In this document: positions 11,265 through 21,095 of the stretch, piece after piece
Numbering within the stretch: the stretch's first letter is position 1
Layout: every line of letters begins with the position of its first letter
NCBI GenBank assembly: GCA_963793865.1
Contig: CAWCBP010000008.1
Coordinates: 288,001-352,000 of the forward strand
DNA length: 64,000 nucleotides
DNA from: an uncultured delta proteobacterium
GTDB lineage: Bacteria; Desulfobacterota; WTBG01
Direction of reading: 5' to 3'
Notes under the pieces: model-generated
What the model saw: only the letters and a program-made list of their open reading frames with translations
Database searches by the model: none
Told to the model about the DNA's origin: nothing
Program-made: the position numbers and the translations under genes

Positions 11265-12331
11265 TTTATGTAATGTTTTTTGTTGCGAGTAGTTCATATG
11301 CCGCGCAAATCACGAATTGATGTACCCGGAGCAATTCATCACATAATAATAAGAGGTATAGAAAGGAAAAGAATATTTCAGGATAACCTTGATAGAAACA
11401 ATTTCCTTGATCGGATGGGAAGTATATGCACCGGGTTGAATGTTATCTGCTATGCATGGGCCTTGATGCCCAATCATGTACACCTTTTGTTGAGAAGTGG
11501 TACGGCACCCATACCTACTGTCATGAGACGACTTCTCACCGGTTATGCGGTAACCTATAACCATCGCCACAAACGGCACGGTCATTTATTTCAGAACCGA
11601 TACAAGTCGATTCTTTGTCAAGAAGACACCTACCTGCTAGAATTAGCGCGATACATACACTTAAATCCGCTCAGAACAGCTGCGGTATCGGACATAGAGA
11701 GTTTAGATCATTATCCTTATTCCGGCCATAGCGTTATCATGGGGAAGAGAAAAAACGATTGGCAGGAAATCGGTTACATCCTTGGCCATTTTGGATCAGT
11801 TACTTCCCAAGCGCGCAAGCGCTATAGAGCATATATTCAAGATGGCATAGCAAGGGGCAGGCGGGCAGATCTGACAGGAGGGGGGTTAATACGGAGCCTG
11901 GGCGGGTGGTCTGAGGCCAGCCTGAGACAAGGTCAGGGGGACCGCATTAAGGCAGATGAACGTATTTTGGGGAATGGTGATTTTGTTGAGGAAGTGCTGC
12001 GAAGATCAGAAGAAAGATTAGAGCGAAAGTATCAGTTACAAGCGCGCGGTATTGATCTTGAAAGTCTTGCCAGAAGAGTTGCTTTGCTCTTTGGTATTGA
12101 GCCTGAAAAGATATATGCGCCGGGGAAGTATAAACAGCGCGTTGATGCTCGCAGTCTTTTTTGTTATTGGGCAGTGCGGGAGCTTGACTTTCGTACAACC
12201 GAGCTTGCTAAAAAGCTTAGGCTTTCGCAACCGGGGGTAAGTATCTCGGTAAAGAGAGGGGAAAAAATAGCGAGAGAAAAAGGAATTCAGTTTTCAATTG
12301 ATTAGAAATTTATAATTTTATGGACGTCCCC
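11238..12331 (+). mobile_element. TIR-flanked HUH tyrosine transposase element
   Basis: Perfect 25-bp inverted repeats GGGGACGTCCATAAAATTATAAATT at 11238-11262 and 12307-12331; AT-richer than flanks; no target-site duplication seen. Confidence 0.85.
11298..12305 (+). CDS. REP-associated (RAYT/Y1) tyrosine transposase with C-terminal HTH
   Basis: MPRKSR...HHIIIRG, HUH motif PNHVHLL, GHLFQNRYKS, catalytic RYIHLNP, and a C-terminal DnaA-C-like HTH. Confidence 0.92.
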   Translation: MPRKSRIDVPGAIHHIIIRGIERKRIFQDNLDRNNFLDRMGSICTGLNVICYAWALMPNHVHLLLRSGTAPIPTVMRRLLTGYAVTYNHRHKRHGHLFQNRYKSILCQEDTYLLELARYIHLNPLRTAAVSDIESLDHYPYSGHSVIMGKRKNDWQEIGYILGHFGSVTSQARKRYRAYIQDGIARGRRADLTGGGLIRSLGGWSEASLRQGQGDRIKADERILGNGDFVEEVLRRSEERLERKYQLQARGIDLESLARRVALLFGIEPEKIYAPGKYKQRVDARSLFCYWAVRELDFRTTELAKKLRLSQPGVSISVKRGEKIAREKGIQFSID

Positions 12332-12333
12332 CT

Positions 12334-14203
12334 TCAGTACCCGTTATAGATGACCAGAGACTCGGGCGGATCGGTGATGCGGATGAATCCAACCGGATCA
12401 TCACCGATAAAAACCCTTTCCAGCTTCCGTACGGGCTCGGTTTTAAGCTGCCGCATCCAGTGGTAGGAAATGATGATCTCGTTGCCGTCAGGGACGACCT
12501 GACGCAGCTCCAGCCGGTTGTAGTCGGCGTGTACCTCACCGCTCCCCTTGATAAAGAAAGAAGGTTTCCGGTTGACACGGTAAATGGTGAAGGAGGCGAT
12601 CTCGCCCTCCCTGGTCAGGTAGCCGGGATGGCGGTTGAAAAACTCTTTTGATCGGTCAAGCCAGCAGACCACCCATGTGACGTTGTACCTGTCAAACTGC
12701 CGCTGCAACTCCTCCCGTGAATATTCCTCAATCTTTTTCTCGAACAGCACTCCTGCGGTAAAGCTTGCATAGCTGTGCTTCACCGGATACATGGGACGCG
12801 GACCGCAGAGGTACTCCCGCTTCACTCGTTCAGGGAAGAGAGCGGGCAGGCGTGCCCCTCCGAACCGGTGACCGGTGTCGTATTCCGAGTCTTCAAGCAG
12901 GATTCTTCCCTCCCGGGTGGTATGTTCATCCAGCCAGGCAAGCAGCTCCTCAACGGCGGGAGAAAAACTCGCAGTTGAGGCGGTAGAGGTTGTAGCCGTA
13001 AATCGTTTTGAGCGGTTGTATTACCGGGCCGACGAGCAGGGCAAGCAGGAGAGCAGCACCGAAGAGTCGCACTGCGAACCCCCTCTTTTCGAAGAGCGCC
13101 CGGAGTACCGGTACAACGCCCGCGCTCGCGGGGATGAGCAGCAGTATGTTGAGCGGGACGATGAACCGCTGGGGCTGCAGCTGGGGGAATAGCCGGGTGT
13201 GGGAGCCGTAGTAGGCGACGGCAAAAATGAAAACAACTCCCGCCGCGAAGGGAAGGAACAGCGGCCACCGCTTTTCCTTCAGCCACCGGTACATGCCGCC
13301 GATGCCGAAGAGCAGCAGCGCTACCTCGATAAAAGTATTATTGAGTGAAGGAGTCTTCCGATAGAGCAGGCTCTGGTGTTGCCGCAGGTAGACGTTGAGC
13401 GGCTCGAGGAGATTGGTGATCTGCAGCGCAAAGTTGTAGTTCTCCGGCCGGGTGGTCTTGTCATTGAAGAACTGGACGAGCGGTATCAGCCAGAAGCTGT
13501 TGATGATCAGCACCGCGAGGGCCAGGGAGGCAAGACCGAGGTGGCGTGAGAATGACAATTTCTGAGCGGAGAGGGCATAGAGCATGAGCAGGGGGATAAA
13601 AAGGTGTACGGGAGCCAGAATATGCATCATCAGCAGCAGGGATGATACAAGGGCAAGCCACACAAATCTCTTCCAGGTGAACTGTTCGAGGAGTTTATAA
13701 ACAAGTGAAAAAACGTAGAGAGAGCAGTAGCACATAAAAACGTAGGAAAGCATTCCCCACGAGACCAGATCGATGGTCATGGAGAGGTGAAAAAAAAGGA
13801 GTGCCAGTATCGCCGCGGCTACAGCGGTTCCCCGAGACAGGCCGAAGTTCCTTGCGGCGGCATAGGGAAATAGCGGGTAGAGCAGGAGAAAGGCAATCAG
13901 GTAGAGCTTGAAGGCCTGGCCCTCCCCCAGAAAGGAGGAGAGGGCAACGAAGAACACCTCCCAGGCCTTGTTGTCCGCGTTGACCAGCGTGCCGCTGGGA
14001 TAGCCCGCGAGAAAAAAGGGGTCATATCCCCAGAGCCGGCCCGCCGCCGAAAAAAATCTTTTGGCGGCGAGACACTGGGAAAAATGCATGGCGTAGTCGT
14101 CGGTGTAAACGGGGGCGTCGGAAAGCATATCTTCAGTTGACAGGAGGAGGCTGATCGAGCATGCGGAAGCAAGGAGGAGCGCGACGACGATGAGTTTCTT
14201 CAT
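12334..14203 (-). CDS. GT-C/YfhO-like membrane protein (frameshifts at about 12830-12965)
   Basis: YTDDY after the first TM, GYDPFFLAGYP, multi-TM, QPQRF; the C-terminal soluble part (ORF 12334-12825) joins via alternate frames. Confidence 0.7.
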
Positions 14204-14218
14204 GGAGATGTGATCCTT

Positions 14219-15724
14219 TCAGGTGCCCCTGCTTAAGCTCATCAGGCGCTCGCCGATCTTGGTTTTGAAAGTGGGAAAGGCGATGCGCAGGGTCAGAAGG
14301 AGCCTGCGGTTAAATCCCGTGAACATGAGGTAGAAGTAGGAGAAGGGCTCGATGAGCGTGACGATACAAGCGTGCATGACGGTAAGGGCTAGCCGGGCGA
14401 GGGCCGATTTCCGGTGTCGGATGAAATAATCAACCATCCCGGAGGGGATGAGCGGGGAGATCCTGACCAGCTTGTTTAAAAAAGTGGGTCTGTAGCTGAA
14501 GTAGTTTTGTATGGGAAGGTCGGTGCCGGCGCCCATCTTTTTTTGCATCATGCCGTAGATATCGGTTCCCTTGTAAAAGGTGAGGGTAAAGAGCTGCAGC
14601 TGGAAGGGCTTGGGTATTTCCTTCAGCACCTTGATGGTGCTGATCACATCTTCTTCTTCTTCAAAGGGGTTGTCGAGAATAACGTCATAATAGCCGCTGA
14701 CGCCATACTTCTTCGCCAGCTCCGTTGCCTCCAGGAATTTCTTATTCGATACGTGCCGGCAGTACACCTCCCTGTTGATCCGCTCGCTTCCCGACTGCAG
14801 GCCCATGGTCACCCAGGCGAGGCCGGCCTCCTTCAGCATCCGTATCTTGTCTTCGGTGAGGTGCAGCGGGGTGGACCTGACGATGAAGGGCCGGTCGATC
14901 CATTTTTTATAGTCCTTTACAAATTCCCGGTGCCATTCCTCGCGGTGGGCGAGAAAGCAGTCGTCGTGGATGTTGATCAGGATGATGTCCGGAAACGCCT
15001 CGACGGCGGTGCTCAGTTCCGCTATCACGTTCTGGGGGCTTCTGGCGCGGATGCTTTTGGTCCCGTAGAGTTTGGAAAGAAAGGAGTTGCAGCAGTAGGA
15101 GCAGGAGAATGGGCAGCCCCGGGAGGAAATGATGTTGTATGCCTTACCGTCGTACCGGGTGTACCTTCTGAAGAGCTTCAGGTCCATGGGCAGGATGTTT
15201 CCCCGGTGATAGACATGGGAATGCTCCGGGAAATGGGTGGGGAAGGGAAGCCTGTCCAGATCGGTAATGAGAGGCCTCAAAGGGTTTTTCCGCACCGTGT
15301 GCCCATCTTTAAAGGCGAGGTTTTGTATCTCCTTCAGGCTTTTGCCGTCCGCCACATGGTTCAGCGTTTCCAGAACGGTGCCCTCGCTCTCCCCGATGGA
15401 CACCATGTCGGCGTATTCCAGGCACTCCTCCGGCGCCACGGTGGGATGTATGCCCCCGACCATAAGCGGTATCCGGGGGGCGTGCTCTTTGATCTGCCTG
15501 CCGAGATAGGCTGCGAAGGGCGCTTCGTAGCTCATCATGCCGCAGCCGATGAGGTCCGGACGAAATGAATCAATGAAGGCCTTCAGGGGCGGTATGACCG
15601 CGTCTTCATGACGCGGGATAAAAAGGATGTCGGACTGATGTCCCTGCTGCAGCAGATAGGAATGGAGGTATTTTATGCCGAAATTTTCGGTGGTGGGCAG
15701 AAGTGAAATGAGCAGTATCTTCAT
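14219..15724 (-). CDS. B12-binding radical SAM protein
   Basis: VGGIHPT, SRGCPFSCSYC (CxxxCxxC), HDDCF, GLQSGS. Confidence 0.93.
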   Translation of the reverse strand: MKILLISLLPTTENFGIKYLHSYLLQQGHQSDILFIPRHEDAVIPPLKAFIDSFRPDLIGCGMMSYEAPFAAYLGRQIKEHAPRIPLMVGGIHPTVAPEECLEYADMVSIGESEGTVLETLNHVADGKSLKEIQNLAFKDGHTVRKNPLRPLITDLDRLPFPTHFPEHSHVYHRGNILPMDLKLFRRYTRYDGKAYNIISSRGCPFSCSYCCNSFLSKLYGTKSIRARSPQNVIAELSTAVEAFPDIILINIHDDCFLAHREEWHREFVKDYKKWIDRPFIVRSTPLHLTEDKIRMLKEAGLAWVTMGLQSGSERINREVYCRHVSNKKFLEATELAKKYGVSGYYDVILDNPFEEEEDVISTIKVLKEIPKPFQLQLFTLTFYKGTDIYGMMQKKMGAGTDLPIQNYFSYRPTFLNKLVRISPLIPSGMVDYFIRHRKSALARLALTVMHACIVTLIEPFSYFYLMFTGFNRRLLLTLRIAFPTFKTKIGERLMSLSRGT

Positions 15725-17268
15725 GGCAGCGACTTTGCGGCGGGTGCTTTCTTGTCGGAGGCGCGCGTGATGCTGAAAAGTTTTTTTAACATTCTCCGCG
15801 TCTTTCTGAGGATGAAAATCTTATAGCGCATCTTGAACTGGAAGGCGTCGACATCAAACTCCTTGTGCCGGTCGAGCACCCGGGCGATGCTATGGGTGAA
15901 CATACCCAGGTTGGGCATGATGCGGTAAAACCGGATGCTGATCAGGAAGCGGTTCAGCCATGCGGGAAGCACCGGGATCAGCGTCAGGAAGCCCTGTATC
16001 CTGGCGAAGTTCAGCTTTCTGATGGTGCCGCCCTGGATAAAGGAGCGGGCATTAAGGCCCCGGTTTATTTCCTCCACGTCTTTATCGGTGAGGATGCCCT
16101 CTTCAAGCGCACTCTCGATGATCTTTGTCTTCGGGTAGTACCGGATGAAGTAGAGGCTTAAGCGGTTGGGCCGGGTCTGGTTGTAGAAGTTGAGCATATG
16201 CACCAGGTCATCCTCCGTCTGGGTGGGAAGACCGAGCATGTTTTCGCAGATGGTGAGTATCCCGGCGCCCTTGAGCAGCTCGATGCTCCTTTGCACCTGC
16301 CGATTGGTTTCCCTGCGGTTGAGCACCTTTTTCTTGAGCTCCTCGTCCAGGGACTGGACGCCCATGATGGCCTGCCAGCAGTTCCCCTCCTTGAGTAGCG
16401 CGACGGTCTCCTCGTCGATGAAATTGACGTGTATGCAGCAGGTGAAGGGCACCCCGATCTCTTTTTTATAGCCCCGGAGAAAATGGGCGAGCCACTCCTT
16501 GTCGCTTATGAATATCTCGTCCCAGAAGTGAACGGTGCTGTAGGGATATTGTCTGCGGGCCTCAATCAGTTCCTCGAGTACGCGGTCGGCGCCCCTTCGC
16601 CGGAAGAACGGTCCCTTGCCGCGGTAGATGGTGTCCTTGTAAAGGGAGTTGTTGCAGAAACTGCACTTGTTGACGCATCCCCGGCTGGTGATGGTGATAT
16701 AGCCCTCCCGCAGGTAGGGAAGCTTGTTTAAAAAGATCTCCTTGTCCGGGAGGGGAAGCGCGTCAAGGTCCTGCAGCAGGGGCCGCACCTCATTTTGTAT
16801 GACCTCGCTACCGTTCTTCGCCCAGACATTTTGAATGTTTCGGCAGGCGGCAGGATCCTTGATGCTGTTTACCAGCTCAACCAGCGCATCTTCGCCTTCA
16901 CCTATAACCAGGTAGTCTACGGAGGGCTGCATGATGACGTATTCCGGCACCGACGTCGGATGAACCCCTCCGAATACGATGGGCACATCCAATGCTTTTT
17001 TTATTTTGTCGGCGAGCGCGATCGCCCAGGGGTAATTGTCCGACACCACCGAGAAGGCAATCAGGTCGGGGGCGTATGCCCTCAGCTCCCCGATGATTTC
17101 ATCGGAATAGTCAAAGAACCGTTTGAGCATCCTGTTTTTGAGGAAGGTGTCATCAAAAAGCTGGGGATCAAAGCACAGCGAACACCGGTGACCGGCTTTT
17201 TTGAGGACGGCCGACAGGTACTCTATGGCGAGCGTTTCACAAGCTGAAGATATGAAGACGACGTGCAT
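15721..17268 (-). CDS. B12-binding radical SAM protein
   Basis: FGGVHPT, GEGE, SRGCVNKCSFC, WDEIF, GVQS; overlaps the next gene by 4 nt. Confidence 0.93.
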   Translation of the reverse strand: MHVVFISSACETLAIEYLSAVLKKAGHRCSLCFDPQLFDDTFLKNRMLKRFFDYSDEIIGELRAYAPDLIAFSVVSDNYPWAIALADKIKKALDVPIVFGGVHPTSVPEYVIMQPSVDYLVIGEGEDALVELVNSIKDPAACRNIQNVWAKNGSEVIQNEVRPLLQDLDALPLPDKEIFLNKLPYLREGYITITSRGCVNKCSFCNNSLYKDTIYRGKGPFFRRRGADRVLEELIEARRQYPYSTVHFWDEIFISDKEWLAHFLRGYKKEIGVPFTCCIHVNFIDEETVALLKEGNCWQAIMGVQSLDEELKKKVLNRRETNRQVQRSIELLKGAGILTICENMLGLPTQTEDDLVHMLNFYNQTRPNRLSLYFIRYYPKTKIIESALEEGILTDKDVEEINRGLNARSFIQGGTIRKLNFARIQGFLTLIPVLPAWLNRFLISIRFYRIMPNLGMFTHSIARVLDRHKEFDVDAFQFKMRYKIFILRKTRRMLKKLFSITRASDKKAPAAKSLP

Positions 17269-17484
17269 AAGGGAGCTGATCAGTAGGTTGTTACACAGGT
17301 AAAGCCCTTAGATTTTAAATCAGAAATCCGAAACAAATCCAAAATTCAAATTCCGAATGTTCCAAACCCTGGCTACCTGTAATTTGTTTGTTTGCTTTTT
17401 TTGAATTTAGGTCATTTTCGGATTTCGTGCTTCGGATTTATAGGGAACGCTATAAGAACTTCTGGTATGTTTTAACTGCCCGAG

Positions 17485-18939
17485 TCAGGTTAACCTCTTC
17501 TTAATATATCCTCCCATTGCATACTTGGCCACGTAAAACCCCGCCTTGACCGTATCGACAATGTTCCGGGGATTGGTGAACAGTAATTTCATCACGTAGC
17601 GCAGAAAGGTCCGGGGGCGCAGGTAAAATTTCCGGTACATGCGCCGGTGGGCCTCGATGAGCTGCTCTTTGGTCATGCCGGCGGGGATGAAGACCGGGTC
17701 CCAGAACCCGAGCTTTCTCCAGTCCCGCTCGAAGGCGCCGTAGCGCTGCGCGGTGTCGAAAAGCTCGGCGCCGGGCATGGGGGTGCAGAAAGTGACGTGG
17801 AAATCCTTGAGCCCGCTCTCCCGGGTAAAGCGGGTGGTTTTCTCCAGGGACTCCGCGGTTTCTCCCGGGCAGCCGATCATGAAGTAGCCGCGGGAATGGA
17901 TGCCCGCCTCGTTGGTCTTGCGGATCACCTCGGACAGCCTTTCCAGTGTCACCCTTTTTTTTATGTTGTCAAGTATGCCCTGGTCTCCGCTTTCCACGCC
18001 AAAGGCGATCTGCCAGCATCCCGCCTTTTTGATCAGCCCGAAAAGATCCACCGAGGTTACTTCAGGCCTGGCAAGGCAGGACCAGCTGATGGTATAATCT
18101 TTTTTGAGCAGCGCTTCGCAGATTGCCGTCACCCGCTTTTTATCAAGCAGGAAATTGTCGTCGTAGAACATGATGTCCTTGATTCCGTACACTTTGACCA
18201 GGTGGTCCACCATGCCGACCGTATACTCGGCGCTGTGCGCCCGGTATTTTTCCCCCATAAAGGGCCGCGCGCAAAAGGTGCAGGTGCCGTTGCACCCCCG
18301 CGAACTCATCAGGGATGAGGAAGGAAGCCGCCGGTAGCTGTGCGGCGAAGGCTTGTAATGCTTTGCCAGGTCGGGCAGGAGATCCCAGGCGGGAAAAGGA
18401 AGCGCGTCCAGGTCCTGTATGTTGTCTCTGCGGGGTGAGAGCTTAATCTCCCCTCCCTCCCGGTATACAATGCCGGGGATGGAACGGAGGCCGCTTCCCG
18501 CTTTGAGCGCGGCAAGGATATCGCAAACCGTGTATTCGCCCTCGTTGATTACCCCCATGTCAAATTCGGGACACTCTTCCAGCGTCTCACGGGGCAGCGA
18601 GGAAACGTGGGGCCCGCCGAGGATCAGGGGGGCCGGTATCCCGCTTTGCCTGATGGCCTTTGCCAGCTCGAGGGCCCGGTTCAGGGACACGGTAGAGGCG
18701 GTGATGCCGATGGCATCGGCGCCGGCACGGGTTATTTCCGCAACCGTTCGGGCGAGATCAAGAGAAAGCGCGGGGGCGTCAACGATACTGACCGTGTAGC
18801 CCTGCTTCCGGGCGGATGATGCCAGGTAGCAGAGGCCGAGGGGCGGCGCCTGGCTTCCCACGGATGCAAAGCTTCCATAGCGCTCCTCCAGTGTAATGGG
18901 CGGATTAACCAGCAAGAGATCATGCTTCATGATCGACAT
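17485..18939 (-). CDS. B12-binding radical SAM protein (class B methyltransferase-like)
   Basis: PPLGLCYLA, GGPHVS, SRGCNGTCTFC, YDDNF, GVESG, FMIGCPGET. Confidence 0.94.
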   Translation of the reverse strand: MSIMKHDLLLVNPPITLEERYGSFASVGSQAPPLGLCYLASSARKQGYTVSIVDAPALSLDLARTVAEITRAGADAIGITASTVSLNRALELAKAIRQSGIPAPLILGGPHVSSLPRETLEECPEFDMGVINEGEYTVCDILAALKAGSGLRSIPGIVYREGGEIKLSPRRDNIQDLDALPFPAWDLLPDLAKHYKPSPHSYRRLPSSSLMSSRGCNGTCTFCARPFMGEKYRAHSAEYTVGMVDHLVKVYGIKDIMFYDDNFLLDKKRVTAICEALLKKDYTISWSCLARPEVTSVDLFGLIKKAGCWQIAFGVESGDQGILDNIKKRVTLERLSEVIRKTNEAGIHSRGYFMIGCPGETAESLEKTTRFTRESGLKDFHVTFCTPMPGAELFDTAQRYGAFERDWRKLGFWDPVFIPAGMTKEQLIEAHRRMYRKFYLRPRTFLRYVMKLLFTNPRNIVDTVKAGFYVAKYAMGGYIKKRLT

Positions 18940-19177
18940 TGTAACACAGGTAACGAAGCTTTCACAAGGATTGATTGCCCGCGGTGCATAAGAAAAGAGG
19001 ATGGATGATTCGCGGCTGAAGCCGCTCCTAACGGATCATCGCAGATGTGTAGATAATATAAAATGATTATTTATAATTAAAACGGGTTTATAAATATCCA
19101 TATTTCTTATGATTGTTGGTGAACAGAAGAAGGGGTGGTATTTTGAGTTTTATAATATAAAAATATTGAAATAATCC

Positions 19178-19206
19178 TTGACATTTTTCGGCAATTGTGG
19201 TTAAAT
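19178..19206 (+). promoter_or_regulatory. Candidate sigma70 promoter
   Basis: TTGACA-17 nt-TTAAAT with TG extension, in AT-rich divergent intergenic DNA. Confidence 0.45.
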
Positions 19207-19362
19207 TGATAATAAAAGAAATTCATATTTGAAAAATAGAAAATATATTTATACGCTTTGATGTAAATAGCAATGATTAGATGCCACTTAGATACACAAA
19301 ATGATGGTTTTCCTGTCCATGTTTCTTGTAATATAATAAATTCTGTGCGGAGAAAAAAACAC

Positions 19363-19391
19363 TTGACAAGATGTGAATAATATAATGTAAT
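19363..19391 (+). promoter_or_regulatory. Candidate sigma70 promoter of the riboswitch leader
   Basis: TTGACA-17 nt-TGTAAT. Confidence 0.5.
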
Positions 19392-19410
19392 ATGTAGGCG
19401 GAAGGTTGTT

Positions 19411-19554
19411 ATGTTTCTTGCGAGTGATGGTAGCCTTATTTTAATCAGTTGGGTGCTTGTCATGCTCACCATCGTCATAAAGCAGACTTATAAAACCGGA
19501 GCATTATTTGGAGCGGCTAAAGCAGCATTGTCACCTAGACGCCGTTTCAGATAA
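19411..19554 (+). CDS. Possible 47-aa single-TM small protein or leader peptide
   Basis: MFLASDGSLILISWVLVMLTIVIKQTYKTGALFGAAKAALSPRRRFR*, preceded by GGAAGG; below the ORF-track length cutoff. Confidence 0.35.
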   Translation: MFLASDGSLILISWVLVMLTIVIKQTYKTGALFGAAKAALSPRRRFR

Positions 19555-19570
19555 AGGGCCGGTTTTTTTT
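19492..19570 (+). terminator. Long hairpin with U-tract in the leader
   Basis: AAAACCGG/CCGGTTTT and TTATTTGGAGCGGC/GCCGTTTCAGATAA arms, ending in T8. Confidence 0.55.
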
Positions 19571-19626
19571 GGTTGACGATAGTATCAAAACATAATAAAG
19601 GTACTGGAGCAGAACAGGCAAGCTTA

Positions 19627-19717
19627 GTGCACTAATCGAAAGGGCAAACCCCGGGCAACCGGGGGACGCAAAGCTACGATCCCCTCAGGGGAAGTCGGGT
19701 TGCTGAAATTAGCGCAC
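19627..19717 (+). ncRNA. c-di-GMP-I (GEMM-I) riboswitch aptamer
   Basis: AGGGCAAACC-CCGG-GCAA-CCGG-GGGACGCAAAGC...GGGTTGCTGAA, closed by P1 GTGCACTAAT/ATTAGCGCAC. Confidence 0.93.
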
Positions 19718-19746
19718 TGCTTGAAAAAGAGCAACCCGGTTTTTTT
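19695..19746 (+). terminator. Riboswitch expression-platform intrinsic terminator
   Basis: TCGGGTTGCT (19695-19704, inside the aptamer) pairs with AGCAACCCGG (19730-19739), followed by T7. Confidence 0.85.
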
Positions 19747-19958
19747 ATTGTCTCAGAGTGAGGGGGCATGAATGGAAGGAGGTGATGCGGAAAGCCATAC
19801 GAAATGAAAGAGAGGTGATATTTGTAGTTAAGCCACAGAAGCAAAGAAGATGCAGCAGCAGTACAACAGTATCAAGCAAGAAATCGCGATTTCAGTAAGT
19901 TTATGTTTTTAGTTCGATCATCAAATAATTTGATCAGCAAAGAAATGGAGGAGAAGAA

Positions 19959-20867
19959 ATGAAGAAATATATTGTATGTTTGATAGGCCTGGTGATGGCT
20001 CTCGGTTTTATCGGGATGTCATCAGCGGCCATCGTGACCGATCCAACCGGTGATAAATTTGGCAGCGGCCCCACCGATATTACCGCAGCACGGGCTGAAC
20101 AGGAGACAAGGACTGACGGGGTTACTGTACTGAAAGTTTCCTATACCGCCACACCCAACATCGGCGGCATCATGTTATTTGAAGCCGATGTTGATAGCAA
20201 CACCGTTACGGGCGGAAATATAAGCATGACCGGTATCCCGGTTTTACCCTGCCCCTGCAAGTCAACCCCTGGTATCGATGTGGCGATCATGGTGATGAAC
20301 AGAGACCAAGCGGCAACTTCCAACTCTGCCATGTGTGCAGGCTGTTCTGATTCTGGGTCTGCTTCATGTGCCAGGAAGCGGTGGTATGGTGAGTGGTATG
20401 CGGTGGCATCAGGAACGGGAACCACGGACACAACCGGCTTCATGAGGGGTTTTCTGGATCCCACCACCTTTTATTCGACCATCACCAGTAAGAGCTACAC
20501 CTTCCCCTGGGATACGATCTGTGCTTCGTGCAAATTATGAGATTCCCGTGCCGTGAGCAATATGTCTATGCCGATGCCATTAATCCAGCCCTCACCAAAT
20601 GGCAGCTGAGTGTGTGGACCGATCCGAGCTTTGCTGATCGAGGATGACTTTGCCAATGGCTCAAGCTTCTTCGGCATTTCCGACGTGATTCCCAACGGCA
20701 ATGGCAATCTGGTTGCCGGTGTGGATGTTGCTACTAACCTTACCTTCTGCGAAGGGAATTTTGACAATGACCCGGACGTGGACGGAGGTGATGCCTCCAA
20801 ATTCAAGACCGACTTCGGAAGGAGTGGCTTGAAGAATCCGTGTCCGAATACACCCTGGTTATATTAA
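19959..20867 (+). CDS. Secreted Cys-containing protein with a single C-terminal EF-hand/dockerin-like repeat (frameshifts at about 20520-20640)
   Basis: Signal peptide MKKYIV...SSA; RBS GGAGGAG; tail CEGNFDNDPDVDGGDASKFKTDFGRS...PWLY. Confidence 0.75.
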
Positions 20868-20873
20868 TCTTTT

Positions 20874-20908
20874 CCCCCGCCCGGTCTTGTCAACGGGAGC
20901 GGGCGGGG
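20874..20908 (+). terminator. GC-rich hairpin after the first cluster gene
   Basis: CCCCGCCCG...CGGGCGGGG; no strong U-tract, so it may be a stabiliser. Confidence 0.45.
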
Positions 20909-21095
20909 CATAATTACAATGAACCCAGAAGTATAGGTTATATCTTAACTCGAAAGGGGGTGATGGTCAAAAAAAGGATAGTTTCAGGAAAGGAGGTGAT
21001 GAAGCAGCAACAGTATGTGTAGCAGCAGTTTGGAGGAGTGGTCGGAGACATTGGGCCTTCGGCCGGTAGTTAAAAATTAATCAGGAGGTGTGAGA

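Noticed and set aside
14507..15568. Long antisense or alternate-frame ORFs (e.g. 14507+, 7565-, 25500-, 33838-, 43589-, 61894+)
   Set aside because: They shadow well-supported genes in GC-rich or repetitive DNA and have no motifs of their own.
19107..19478. 123-aa minus-strand ORF in the divergent intergenic region
   Set aside because: AT-rich promoter DNA with atypical composition and no RBS or motif.
19627..19717. 3',3'-cGAMP (GEMM-Ib) riboswitch
   Set aside because: The specificity position reads G rather than A by manual alignment, so c-di-GMP is preferred, pending assay.
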